DNA of 64,000 nt from positions 12,288 to 76,287 of the forward strand of contig JAVCCR010000002.1 of the NCBI GenBank assembly GCA_030765485.1. Direction: 5' to 3'. Under the pieces are notes generated by a model, which was not told the origin of the DNA, ran no database searches, and was given only the letters and a program-made list of their open reading frames with translations. Made by a program: the position numbers and the translations under genes. This stretch comes from Candidatus Gygaella obscura. GTDB taxonomy: Bacteria > Omnitrophota > Gorgyraeia > Gygaellales > Gygaellaceae. Shown piece after piece: positions 33,899 to 43,295 of the stretch (positions are counted from its first letter, which is position 1; the number at the start of each line of letters is the position of its first letter).

Positions 33899-34924
33899 TT
33901 ATAAATCCTTGATCTTTCTAAGCAATTCTTCTTTTGTAACTTCAGCTGTACCAACTTTACCAACAACAATTCCTGCAGCAATATTAGCAATTTTTGCCGC
34001 ATCCAGAAATGATGCACCACAAGCTAAAGACAACGTAAACGCGGAAATAACTGTATCTCCTGCACCGGAAACATCAAAAACTTCCTGTGCAAGTGTAGAA
34101 ATATGGGTCTTTTTATTGTTTTTTTCAAAAAGTCTCATACCGTTTTCACCTAATGTAACAAGCAAAGAATCTAAACCCAAATAATCTATAATCTTCTTTG
34201 CAGCCAAATTAAGCTCTTGAAGATTAAAAATCTTATCAAAATGAATATTAAATCTGTTTTCTGTATCTTTTATTTTTAAATTCCTTATAGCGTTTTCTGC
34301 TTCACTCAAATTAGGTGTAATACCTGAAACGTTTTTATAAAGCCTGAAATGTTCTTCTTTGGGATCCACGGTAATAATCTTGCCCTTGGAACGAACAAAA
34401 GGAATCAAATTGGATAAAAGCTGTTCGTTAATAACACCCTTACCATAATCTTCTATTATGACAGCATCAAATTTATTGATATTCTTTTTGATAAAATCCA
34501 TTATTTTGCTAACTACCGTAGATGAAACTGTATCAATATTTTCCCAATCAACCCTAACCATTTGTTGATGTTTGGCTATTATTCGACTCTTTAACGTAGT
34601 GCGGCGTTTGCTGTCAGATAAAATACCTTTGGTGTAGATATTTCTGGCTTTAAGCTGAGAAAGCAAAATATCTCTATTTTTATCTATCCCAACAACGCCG
34701 ACAATAGAAGATTTTCCGCTAAGAGTATTTATATTATAAGCAACATTAGCTGCCCCTCCAGGCATAAAGGAACGTTTATAAGCCTGTACTACTGGGACAG
34801 GCGCTTCTGGAGAAATCCTGGTAACATGACCCCAGATATACTCATCAAGAATAATATCTCCTACAACCATTATTCTGGCCTTTGAAAAGGCAGAAACTAT
34901 AGATTTTAATCTTGTTTTATTCAT
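33899..34924 (-). CDS. hldE: D-glycero-beta-D-manno-heptose-7-phosphate kinase (RfaE/HldE domain I only, PfkB family)
   Basis: PfkB ribokinase-like fold with C-terminal GAGDT motif (DVSGAGDTVISAF). No adenylyltransferase domain attached. Confidence 0.75.
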   Translation of the reverse strand: MNKTRLKSIVSAFSKARIMVVGDIILDEYIWGHVTRISPEAPVPVVQAYKRSFMPGGAANVAYNINTLSGKSSIVGVVGIDKNRDILLSQLKARNIYTKGILSDSKRRTTLKSRIIAKHQQMVRVDWENIDTVSSTVVSKIMDFIKKNINKFDAVIIEDYGKGVINEQLLSNLIPFVRSKGKIITVDPKEEHFRLYKNVSGITPNLSEAENAIRNLKIKDTENRFNIHFDKIFNLQELNLAAKKIIDYLGLDSLLVTLGENGMRLFEKNNKKTHISTLAQEVFDVSGAGDTVISAFTLSLACGASFLDAAKIANIAAGIVVGKVGTAEVTKEELLRKIKDL

Positions 34925-34945
34925 GATTCCGAAAGGGTAATATTA

Positions 34946-35977
34946 TCATAAATTAATTAATTCGTCAATAATAGTTAAAATATCACTAACTTTAATTAAA
35001 CTAAGGCATTTAAAGCCTTTTTTGCAATCATGAGCAAGACAAACTAAACATCCTGCATCTTTTTTTATAAAACGACTCTTCTCTCCCAAGGGATACCATC
35101 TTTTTGGACTTAGGCCTGACTGATTACGCGAGAAAATCGCCACCACAGGTACACCCAAACTAGCAGCAATATGTACAGGCCCTGAATCATTAGACACAAA
35201 TAACCCTGCCCTTTTAATTAAACAAATTAACTGCGCTATATTGCAACTTCCTGATAAATCAACTGCCGAAGAATACATCTTGTTTATTACCTCAGCAGAA
35301 ATATTTTTTTGTTCTCTGGAAGCAACTAAAACAACTTTCATTTTATAAATCTCTACTAACCTATCACAAAGCTTACTGAATTTATCGACTGGCCATCTTC
35401 TAGAAGAACAACTTGCTCCAGGATGAATAAGAATAAACTTATCATCTTTTTTAATCCCCTTTCCACTCAATAAGCAATCAACTTCTTCCTGAGCATTTTT
35501 ATCCCAACCTACATAAGTATCTTTTAAATCTGTAGCTATGTCTAAGATTCTCAAAAAATCTAAACAATACTCTGATTCATGTTTTTTGCCTTCATGTTTT
35601 AAATCTTTAACTTTATCCGTAAGTAAAAATCCCATTTTCCTATTAAACCCTATTCTTTTGGGGATCCCAGCGAAAAAAGTCACCAGATGCGCTCTATTTG
35701 TAGGATGTAGTATAATTGCCAAATCAAATCGCTTTTTTCTTAAAAATAGAGCAAACCTAAAAGAAGACAACCAGCTTCTATATTTACCTTTCTTATCATA
35801 AACAATAACCTCATTTAAAAAAGGGTTATTCTTTACGATATCCTGCGTATAAGGCGTAACCATCATTGCAATAAAACTACTGGGAAGACTCTTCCTTAAA
35901 TTGCTTATAACAGGAGTCGATAAAACCACATCACCAATCCTATCAGTTCTCACTATTAAAATACGCTTATAATTCAT
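34946..35977 (-). CDS. Glycosyltransferase family 9 (LPS heptosyltransferase)
   Basis: RIGDVVLSTPV N-terminus and GT-B heptosyltransferase layout (WaaC/WaaF-like). Confidence 0.75.
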   Translation of the reverse strand: MNYKRILIVRTDRIGDVVLSTPVISNLRKSLPSSFIAMMVTPYTQDIVKNNPFLNEVIVYDKKGKYRSWLSSFRFALFLRKKRFDLAIILHPTNRAHLVTFFAGIPKRIGFNRKMGFLLTDKVKDLKHEGKKHESEYCLDFLRILDIATDLKDTYVGWDKNAQEEVDCLLSGKGIKKDDKFILIHPGASCSSRRWPVDKFSKLCDRLVEIYKMKVVLVASREQKNISAEVINKMYSSAVDLSGSCNIAQLICLIKRAGLFVSNDSGPVHIAASLGVPVVAIFSRNQSGLSPKRWYPLGEKSRFIKKDAGCLVCLAHDCKKGFKCLSLIKVSDILTIIDELINL

Positions 35978-36935
35978 TGATTAGATTTTGAAGTTTGCTG
36001 AAAACAAAATCCGTATCCAGCTGCGTTAAACATTTAACCTCCTTAAATTTACAATGTGCTTTTTCGCAAGGAGCACAATCTAATTTTTTCCTTACAACTA
36101 CACAAACCCTAGACCACGGCCCGTATTTTTTTTCATCTGAAGGACCGTATAGACCTAAAACCGGTATATCCAAATAGCTGGCCAGATGCAAAATCCCGCT
36201 GTCGTTGGCAATAACCAGCTTACCTTTTGAAAAAAGCGCGGCTATTTGATTAAAATTAGTCTGACCGACTAAATTAAAAATCCTTGATTTTAAATTATTT
36301 TGAAGATAATCACAAACCGCTTTATCATTATTATCGCCGATTAAAACAATATCTAAATTCAATTCATTTATAATTCTATAACCTAAATCAAGATATTTAT
36401 CTTTATCCCAGCGTTTTAGAAAACTTCTTGCCCCTGCAGCGATAATAACAAACGAACCTTCCTTTAACCCAAAATGACTCAATTTATTGTTAATAAAACT
36501 GTGTGAATCTTCTTTGATATGAAAACTTTGCCTTTTACAATTAAAATTTACATTCTTTATGATATTACGCAGTTTTGCAATATGCCAGTCTTTGATATGC
36601 GTATTCTTTTTTAAGATATGGTCAAAAGGAGTGGTTTTTTTTCTACCGCGTAAAAAGAAAGGAAATGCGCTATTGCGCAGATCTATAATAAAATCAAAAT
36701 ACTCTTCCCTTAAGGATTTTACAAGTTTAAGTTTTTCTTTTAATCCAGAACTCTTTTTATAGACAATAACTTTTCCAAATAACGGATTATCTATAAAAAC
36801 TGCTTTTGAACGTTCGCTGCAGACAACTGTAATTTTAGAATCAGGATATCTATCTTTTAAAATATCCAAAACAGGAAGAGTAAGAATCGCATCTCCGATA
36901 TTACTAAGGGTAATGAATAAAATATTGTTACGCAC
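35967..36935 (-). CDS. Glycosyltransferase family 9 (LPS heptosyltransferase), second paralogue
   Basis: NIGDAILTLPV N-terminus and GT9 C-terminal motifs (ANDSGILHLAS). Confidence 0.72.
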   Translation of the reverse strand: MRNNILFITLSNIGDAILTLPVLDILKDRYPDSKITVVCSERSKAVFIDNPLFGKVIVYKKSSGLKEKLKLVKSLREEYFDFIIDLRNSAFPFFLRGRKKTTPFDHILKKNTHIKDWHIAKLRNIIKNVNFNCKRQSFHIKEDSHSFINNKLSHFGLKEGSFVIIAAGARSFLKRWDKDKYLDLGYRIINELNLDIVLIGDNNDKAVCDYLQNNLKSRIFNLVGQTNFNQIAALFSKGKLVIANDSGILHLASYLDIPVLGLYGPSDEKKYGPWSRVCVVVRKKLDCAPCEKAHCKFKEVKCLTQLDTDFVFSKLQNLINEL

Positions 36936-36956
36936 GTAAATAGAGGATTTTACCTG

Positions 36957-38024
36957 TTATAATTTATCTACAATCTTTAGGAAGGTCTCAACAATCATTG
37001 GATCAAACTGGGTACCGGAATTAATTTTAACTTCTTTTATTGCCTCATCTTTTTTTAAAGGATTTTTTCTATAAGGCCGTTCAGATGTCATCGCCTCGAA
37101 AGAATCAGCCAAAGAAACAATCCTTGCTCCTAATTTAATCTCTGTTCCTTTTAAGCCGACAGGATAACCTGTTCCGTCGTATTTCTCATGATGCTGTTTT
37201 ATGATTTCGGTTATATTCTTTAAATACCCCAGAGGCTCCAAAATCTGTGCGCCTTTCATGGAATGGCTTTTGACCTGTTCCCATTCTTCATCGTTAAGCT
37301 TACCCGGTTTCCTTAAAATCGCATCATCAATACCAATTTTTCCTAAATCATGTAGCTGCGCTGCTTCTCTTATATCTTCAACCTCATTAGAAGATAAACC
37401 TAACTCTTCTGCAATCTTAACTGCAATACGGGTAACATTCTCGGAATGGCTTCTTGTATAATGATCCTTGGCATCTAAGGCATCAGCAAAGGCTTTAATC
37501 GTATCAATATATGTTTTTCTTAAGTCACTGTAAAGTTTCTGAAGATTGGCAGTGCGTTCCTTTACCCTAACCTCGAGTATCGCATTCTGCTGCTCTAAAA
37601 GCATATTCTTCCGTTCCAGCTCCTCAACCAGATCTTTATTTCTTTTTAAAGTCTGGCGGAACAATACTGCTTTCTTTATAGTAAAAGTAATCTCGTCTAT
37701 ATTAAAAGGTTTCGTGAGATAATCGTGCGCACCTAACTTTAATGCATCGCGCACGCTGTCAAAAGAAGGATACCCGGTAATTACTATTACTACAGCTTCG
37801 GGGTCTGCTTTTCTTACCTCTCCCAATATCTGGATTCCGTCTATATCAGGAAGCCGAATATCGGTTATAATAGTATCGAAACTTTTAGTAGTGCCTTCTT
37901 TTATACCTGTTTGGCCATTAGGACAAGTAGTAACTTCATAGCCTAAATCAGTAAGAGCATCCTTTAAAAGACTTCTTATAACCTCTTCATCATCAACAAC
38001 TAATATTTTTCCTTGATTTTCCAT
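36957..38024 (-). CDS. Response regulator: receiver domain, coiled coil, HD-GYP phosphodiesterase
   Basis: Receiver motifs (LVVDDEE...TDIRLPDIDG) and HD-GYP signature (HDLGKIG...HHEKYDGTGYP). Confidence 0.85.
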   Translation of the reverse strand: MENQGKILVVDDEEVIRSLLKDALTDLGYEVTTCPNGQTGIKEGTTKSFDTIITDIRLPDIDGIQILGEVRKADPEAVVIVITGYPSFDSVRDALKLGAHDYLTKPFNIDEITFTIKKAVLFRQTLKRNKDLVEELERKNMLLEQQNAILEVRVKERTANLQKLYSDLRKTYIDTIKAFADALDAKDHYTRSHSENVTRIAVKIAEELGLSSNEVEDIREAAQLHDLGKIGIDDAILRKPGKLNDEEWEQVKSHSMKGAQILEPLGYLKNITEIIKQHHEKYDGTGYPVGLKGTEIKLGARIVSLADSFEAMTSERPYRKNPLKKDEAIKEVKINSGTQFDPMIVETFLKIVDKL

Positions 38025-38070
38025 ATTAATTAATAATTATACCACATTAATTAAAAATGTGACAAACTAT

Positions 38071-38394
38071 TTATATGTACGCTTTAAACAATGCAACAAT
38101 ATCAGCTTTTGATAAAGCACCTACTGCGCTTTTTTGTACAGAACCATCTTTAAAAACCATCAAAGTTGGTATACTCATTATACCATAGCTACTTGCAACA
38201 GAAGAAGCCTCATCTACATTTATCTTACAGACCTTGATTTTTCCTTGATATTCCTGAGCAATCTCCTCTAAAGAAGACGCAATCATCTTACATGGTCCAC
38301 ACCACTCGGCCCAAAAATCCACCAAACAAGGAATCTTTGATTCTGATACTTCACTTTTAAAATTACTCTCACTAACATTAATTTCCATAAACAA
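38071..38394 (-). CDS. trxA: Thioredoxin
   Basis: WAEWCGPCK active site. 107 aa. Confidence 0.92.
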   Translation of the reverse strand: MFMEINVSESNFKSEVSESKIPCLVDFWAEWCGPCKMIASSLEEIAQEYQGKIKVCKINVDEASSVASSYGIMSIPTLMVFKDGSVQKSAVGALSKADIVALFKAYI

Positions 38395-38412
38395 CTCCTT
38401 TCTAAAGTTAGT

Positions 38413-39375
38413 CTATTTATAAGTCATACCTTTAATCTCGTTTATAAACGAAAAACTATAGTAATAAGCCAATGCCCCTTGCGCACATGCAGTTATAACC
38501 TGCTTTAAATCATTTTTGCAACAGTCTCCACAGGCAAAAATTCCTTCGGATGAAGTCTCTAACCTTTCATTAACAATCAAATAACCTGCATCATCGGCAT
38601 TAAGCAGACCTTTTAAAAATAATGTGTTTGGTTCGTATCCTACAAATACAAAAACCCCATCGCAATCAACGCGATCTTTTTGTTTTGTATTTACATTCTC
38701 ATAAACTATACCTTCTACCTTCTGTTTCCCTTCGATTGCTACAAGATTGCTCTCCCATAAGAAATCTATCTTTTTATTCTCAAACACCCTTTCCTGTAAA
38801 ATCTTGGTAGCGCGAAGCCTATTTCTTCTGTGGACCATTGTCACCTTGCTGGCAAACATGGTAAGAAAAAGTGCCTCTTCTACAGCAGTATCACCTCCAC
38901 CAACTACAACAACCTTTTTATTTCTAAAGAATGCCGCATCGCAAGTAGCACAATATGAAACCCCCTTGCCGCGCAAGGAAGCTTCCCCTTCAGCCCCAAG
39001 CTGTTTTGGTCTTGCGCCTGTAGCAATAAGTACTGAAATACTATTGAATAGTTTTCCATCATCTGTACTGATCTGCCAAACTGCATCTTTACCTTTATTT
39101 ATTCTTTGAATGCTTGATACTGTTTTATTTTCAAATATCGCTCCGAAATTCTTTGCCTGAGATTTAAATTTTTCTACCAATTCCATCCCACTAATACCAT
39201 TAGGAAAACCAGGATAATTTTCAATCTGATCAGTAAGCATAGCCTGGCTTAAATTAACCGCACTTTCAAATACAATTGTATTTAATCTTGAGCGTGCAGC
39301 ATATATCGCAGCAGTCAATCCCGCAGGACCTGCACCTACAATAATCAAATCATACAAACTATTAGCATCTACCAC
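38413..39375 (-). CDS. trxB: Thioredoxin-disulfide reductase
   Basis: GAGPAG FAD motif, CATCD redox-active disulfide, GGGDTA NADPH motif. Confidence 0.9.
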   Translation of the reverse strand: MVDANSLYDLIIVGAGPAGLTAAIYAARSRLNTIVFESAVNLSQAMLTDQIENYPGFPNGISGMELVEKFKSQAKNFGAIFENKTVSSIQRINKGKDAVWQISTDDGKLFNSISVLIATGARPKQLGAEGEASLRGKGVSYCATCDAAFFRNKKVVVVGGGDTAVEEALFLTMFASKVTMVHRRNRLRATKILQERVFENKKIDFLWESNLVAIEGKQKVEGIVYENVNTKQKDRVDCDGVFVFVGYEPNTLFLKGLLNADDAGYLIVNERLETSSEGIFACGDCCKNDLKQVITACAQGALAYYYSFSFINEIKGMTYK

Positions 39376-39581
39376 CAGGAACCTCTTTGCTTATATACCT
39401 CAATAAATTTTTCTATTGACCTATCATATGTCTTTTCAATATCATCGGGAAAATAACAAGCCGGAAGCTGACCCATTTTTCTGTGATAATGAAGACAATC
39501 ACAACAAATTCCTTTCTTGCCACAAGAATCATAAGTACAATTACAATACTTTTGATTCTGTGCTATTTTACATTCACTCAT
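39369..39581 (-). CDS. Small Cys-rich protein (8 Cys in 70 aa), unknown function; putative metal-binding
   Basis: [43 protein letters not shown]... Its ATG sits 1 nt after the def stop and its 3' end overlaps the trxB start by 7 nt. Confidence 0.55.
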   Translation of the reverse strand: MSECKIAQNQKYCNCTYDSCGKKGICCDCLHYHRKMGQLPACYFPDDIEKTYDRSIEKFIEVYKQRGSWW

Positions 39582-39582
39582 T

Positions 39583-40068
39583 TTATTTCTCTTTTGATTT
39601 TGGATTAAAATTCAATTTTATCTTATCAAAAAACTGCATATAGTCTACTATTGTTTTTCCTCTCAAATGATCTATCTCATGCAACAAAACTCTAGCTAAA
39701 AGACCTCTAGCCTTAAGCTGAATATTGTCTCCCTTGTCATTCAAGGCCAAAACAGTAAGTTTATAACTACGCTCCACCTCCACATCAACTCCAGGAACGC
39801 TTAAACAACCTTCCTTCATCATACCTGAACCACTAGATGAAACCACCTTAGGATTAGCTAATCTTATTGGCCCTTCTCCGATATCAACAACGATTATATT
39901 CTTTAATATCCCTACCTGCGGAGCTGCCAGGCCAATACCGTAAAAATGCTTCATGGTAGAAAGCATGTTATCAAACAATTTGATTTCTTTTTCACTAATT
40001 TCAAGGATATCTTCAGATGTCTTTCTAAGGATCTTGTCCGGATATTTTTTAATCTCAAGGACTTTCAT
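39583..40068 (-). CDS. def: Peptide deformylase
   Basis: [24 protein letters not shown] motifs. Confidence 0.92.
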   Translation of the reverse strand: MKVLEIKKYPDKILRKTSEDILEISEKEIKLFDNMLSTMKHFYGIGLAAPQVGILKNIIVVDIGEGPIRLANPKVVSSSGSGMMKEGCLSVPGVDVEVERSYKLTVLALNDKGDNIQLKARGLLARVLLHEIDHLRGKTIVDYMQFFDKIKLNFNPKSKEK

Positions 40069-40079
40069 GGCAAAAACTA

Positions 40080-40850
40080 TTATACATTATTAGAATGACT
40101 TTTTGTATTTTTTTTTAAACGGAAGAACATAAATATTGAAACCACTATAAAACAGATTGCAAATACCTGTGAAACGGAGAAGATTCCGATTGTGCCACGG
40201 TCATCATACCTGATAAATTCCAATAAAAATCTCGCAGAAGAGTACAAGAAAACATACAACCAAAATATCAAACCCTCTGTATTAACCTTTTTCTTTAGTG
40301 CAGTCAAAACCCAAAAAATAACTAGCAAGACAAACACAGACACTAACTGTACAGGAACTAATTTTCCAGCAATCTGGCCGGCAGCACAATCTGCAGGAAA
40401 CCTAACGCCGTAGAAAGCAGTTGTTGGCACTCCGTAACAACATCCGTTTAAAAAACACCCTAACCTACCAAAGGCATGAGCAAGTACTATATAAGGCATA
40501 ACAATATCAGCAACCGGGTAAAAAGCAATGCGCTTAATTCTTAAAAAAATTATCGCTGCCAAAAGTCCAAATATAAACCCGCCGTAAAAAACAAAACCCC
40601 CTTTTGAAAACAAAAGCTCAAAAGGATATAGGAGAAAATACTGCCACTGGATAATTATATATACAATACGTGCTCCCAGAAAACCGATTAAAACCGACCA
40701 AAAAAATAAATCCTGCATTAAAAAAGAACCAAAACCTTTTTCTTTAGACTCTCTCACTGAAAAAACCAAAGCCACAAGAAAACCTAAAGCAATCATAAAC
40801 CCGTAACTATAAACTTTAAAACCAGCAATTTCAAACAATATCCTATGCAT
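40080..40850 (-). CDS. lgt: Prolipoprotein diacylglyceryl transferase
   Basis: Polytopic, with the Lgt signature region (GARIVYII...GGFVFYGG). Confidence 0.8.
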   Translation of the reverse strand: MHRILFEIAGFKVYSYGFMIALGFLVALVFSVRESKEKGFGSFLMQDLFFWSVLIGFLGARIVYIIIQWQYFLLYPFELLFSKGGFVFYGGFIFGLLAAIIFLRIKRIAFYPVADIVMPYIVLAHAFGRLGCFLNGCCYGVPTTAFYGVRFPADCAAGQIAGKLVPVQLVSVFVLLVIFWVLTALKKKVNTEGLIFWLYVFLYSSARFLLEFIRYDDRGTIGIFSVSQVFAICFIVVSIFMFFRLKKNTKSHSNNV

Positions 40851-40853
40851 TTT

Positions 40854-41183
40854 TTATACCTTACAATTACATCTTTTATTCTTCAGAATATGTTTTTGTT
40901 TTATTAAAGAATCTATAAACTCTTTCTGAAACCTACTTCCTTCAACTTTCTTCTTATCTAATGGACTTTTATGATTATAGCCACGGCTTAAGATTTCTGT
41001 ACAAAGCGCTTCGTGTCTTTTATACAAAGCCTTTAATTTACCTTTCCATCTTAGCACTTCAGGATGATGAGAATATCCCTTTTTTAAATTAACTAGAATA
41101 CTCCATATTGCATGCAGTTCGCGATGTTCTCCCAATAAATGCTGACGGCATAATCTTGAAGACGAAATATCCCAAATTCTCAC
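40854..41183 (-). CDS. Short T4 endonuclease V-like pyrimidine-dimer DNA glycosylase (Pyr_excise family)
   Basis: MRIWDI...LCRQHLLGEHRELHAIW resembles the T4 DenV / cv-PDG N-terminus (L..LADQHLMAEYREL). 109 aa. Confidence 0.5.
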   Translation of the reverse strand: MRIWDISSSRLCRQHLLGEHRELHAIWSILVNLKKGYSHHPEVLRWKGKLKALYKRHEALCTEILSRGYNHKSPLDKKKVEGSRFQKEFIDSLIKQKHILKNKRCNCKV

Positions 41184-41572
41184 GATAATAAAAGTTTTTT
41201 GATATCTTCAGGAATAGATCTTGGTTTAAAGTCATTACCTACACAAACAAGAACTATCCTTGCCTGAGCAATAATTGTAGAATCTCTTTTAATAGTATTA
41301 GTAAATTCTATCGCTACTCTTTTAACGCTGGTTACTTCACAATAGACCCTTAAGCTATCTTGATATCTGGCTGCAGCCTTATAATCTATATCTACTTTGG
41401 CAACCACGAAGAGAATTCCCTTTTCAGCAAGTCTTTTTAATTCAATACCACGCTTTAAAAAAAACTCCGTTCTTGCCTCTTCCAAATACTTCAGGTAATT
41501 TGCATAATAAACAACTTTACCACAATCAGTATCATGGTAATAGATTTTCTTTTCAATGAAGAATTTATCCAT
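41180..41572 (-). CDS. Acyl-CoA thioesterase (4HBT/YbgC family)
   Basis: YYHDTDCGKVVYYANYLKYLEEARTEF hot-dog fold thioesterase signature. Confidence 0.8.
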   Translation of the reverse strand: MDKFFIEKKIYYHDTDCGKVVYYANYLKYLEEARTEFFLKRGIELKRLAEKGILFVVAKVDIDYKAAARYQDSLRVYCEVTSVKRVAIEFTNTIKRDSTIIAQARIVLVCVGNDFKPRSIPEDIKKLLLS

Positions 41573-41661
41573 AACCAGTATATTTTATACTAAATACTTC
41601 AATTATCAAATAAAATATCAAAAAATTGCAATAGTTTTTTTTTAAGAGTATAATTAATTTT

Positions 41662-42543
41662 ATGTACATTAATACAGATGAAAATCAGCACTACGCAAAG
41701 ATAAAAAGAATCTTGCTGGTAATTTTGCTTCTCAATTGGGCTGTTGCTGCAGTAAAAATAATCTACGGTCTTATTACTGGCAGCCACAGCATTACAGCAG
41801 ATGGTTTCCATTCTTTATCTGACGGCGCCTCTAATATTATCGGCTTTATTGGGATACATATTGCCTCACAACCGAAAGACTCAGAACATCCCTACGGGCA
41901 TAAAAAATATGAAACTCTTTTTTCTCTTTTTATTGCTTTTATGCTATTCATAATTGCCATTAACCTATTAAGACAATCAATACCTCGTTTATCAAATCCT
42001 ATTATACCTAAAATAAATTTATTTAGCTTTATTATCATGTTAACTACTTTTGTCATAAATATATTCGTAGTGAAATATGAATCAAAACAGGGCAATTTAC
42101 TAAAAAGTGATATATTAACAGCTGATGCCATACACACCAAAACAGACCTTTTAATAACAAGTTCTGTATTCGTTGCACTGATTGCGATAAAATTAGGATT
42201 TCCGATAATGGACCTTGTAATTGCTATACTAATATCTATTTTTATCGCCAAAAGCGGAATAAAAATAGTGAAATCAAGCGCGGCAATACTGTGTGATACA
42301 CAATCTATAGAAGACACAAAAAAAGTATCTAATATTGTCCTATCGGTAAGGGGAGTAAAAAGCTGCCATAAAATACGTTCCCGAGGCAGAAAAGACGATA
42401 TCTATCTTGACCTACATGTGCAGGTTGAACCTAATATGCCCATAGATAAAGCCCACCAGATAAGCAATAAAATTGAAACGCTAATAAAAGATAAGCTTGA
42501 TGGCGTGACTGACGTAATCATACACTTAGAGCCTAAACATTAG
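41662..42543 (+). CDS. Cation diffusion facilitator (CDF) family metal efflux transporter
   Basis: Six TM helices with HSLSDGASN and H..D motifs and a C-terminal cytoplasmic domain. Confidence 0.82.
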   Translation: MYINTDENQHYAKIKRILLVILLLNWAVAAVKIIYGLITGSHSITADGFHSLSDGASNIIGFIGIHIASQPKDSEHPYGHKKYETLFSLFIAFMLFIIAINLLRQSIPRLSNPIIPKINLFSFIIMLTTFVINIFVVKYESKQGNLLKSDILTADAIHTKTDLLITSSVFVALIAIKLGFPIMDLVIAILISIFIAKSGIKIVKSSAAILCDTQSIEDTKKVSNIVLSVRGVKSCHKIRSRGRKDDIYLDLHVQVEPNMPIDKAHQISNKIETLIKDKLDGVTDVIIHLEPKH

Positions 42544-42546
42544 AAA

Positions 42547-42978
42547 CTAATTCTTTTTATACAAACCCACCAACTGCGCTTGAGCTAAAATATGAGACTG
42601 CATGATAGACTCTAGATCTTCTTTAGTTATTTCCTTTTCTGGATTCAGTACCTTGTCCAAAGCATATATTTTAAAACAATAACGGTGGGTGCCTGACGGC
42701 GGACAAGGCCCGTGATAGTTAAATCTTCCTGCAGTATTTATACCCTGTTTACCAGGTATAGTATTTTCTTCGATCAAATTAGTTATAAGAATATCAAAAA
42801 CTACCCAATGTACCCAAGTACCAATCGGTGCATCCGGATCATCCATTATTAAAGCTAGACTCTTTGCATTTTCTGGGATATCCTCAATAATCAAATCCGG
42901 ATTTACATCCTTACCCTGGCAGGTATATTTTGACGGAATAAAAACATTATTAGCAAAAGCAGAGCTTGATAACCGCAT
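42547..42978 (-). CDS. YbhB/YbcL (PEBP/RKIP) family protein
   Basis: GTHRYCFKIYALD signature of bacterial PEBP. 143 aa. Confidence 0.8.
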   Translation of the reverse strand: MRLSSSAFANNVFIPSKYTCQGKDVNPDLIIEDIPENAKSLALIMDDPDAPIGTWVHWVVFDILITNLIEENTIPGKQGINTAGRFNYHGPCPPSGTHRYCFKIYALDKVLNPEKEITKEDLESIMQSHILAQAQLVGLYKKN

Positions 42979-43185
42979 AAACTCACCTCCTCATATTGAT
43001 TAGAACTTTATCATCAAAACAATTTAATATAATTATTAACTATTGAAATTATTTTTCCCATTACCCCCTACTGCCAATGATACTTTGAAAAAATATAACT
43101 TTATTATACCAAAAGCCGTACAAAAGAAAACGCTTTCAAATTATTACACTTGACTACTTGTTTTCAGTTTAAATATAGGTTATAT

Positions 43186-43290
43186 TTGTTATAGATTTAA
43201 TAATCAACAAGGAGGCAGAGCGATAGCGTAAGCCACCAAGGATTATCGCCTTACAAGGAAACCCTTTTAAAAAGGGTTTTTTTGTTTTTA
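43186..43290 (+). ncRNA. Candidate small RNA (~100 nt) with its own promoter and intrinsic terminator; three (A)CAAGGA motifs
   Basis: TTGACT (43150-55) or TTGTTT (43158-63) -35 with an AT-rich -10 (ATATAG / TATATT) around 43173-86. Terminator AAACCCTTTT/AAAAGGGTTT plus TTTTTTTGTTTTT at 43259-43290. No start codon follows the internal AAGGAGG. GGA motifs at 43208-13, 43237-42 and 43254-59. Confidence 0.4.
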
Positions 43291-43295
43291 TACAC

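Noticed and set aside
41599-41811. 70-aa minus-strand ORF spanning the divergent promoter region and the 5' end of the CDF transporter gene
   Set aside because: It overlaps the plus-strand CDF start and the intergenic promoter and has no SD. The CDF gene has a clear family signature, so this ORF is most likely noise.
43204-43232. AAGGAGG sequence inside the candidate sRNA, initially considered as the RBS of a micro-ORF
   Set aside because: No ATG/GTG/TTG occurs within 4-12 nt downstream (the sequence runs CAGAGCGATAGCGTAA), so there is no plausible peptide. It is more likely part of the GGA-motif content of an untranslated RNA.
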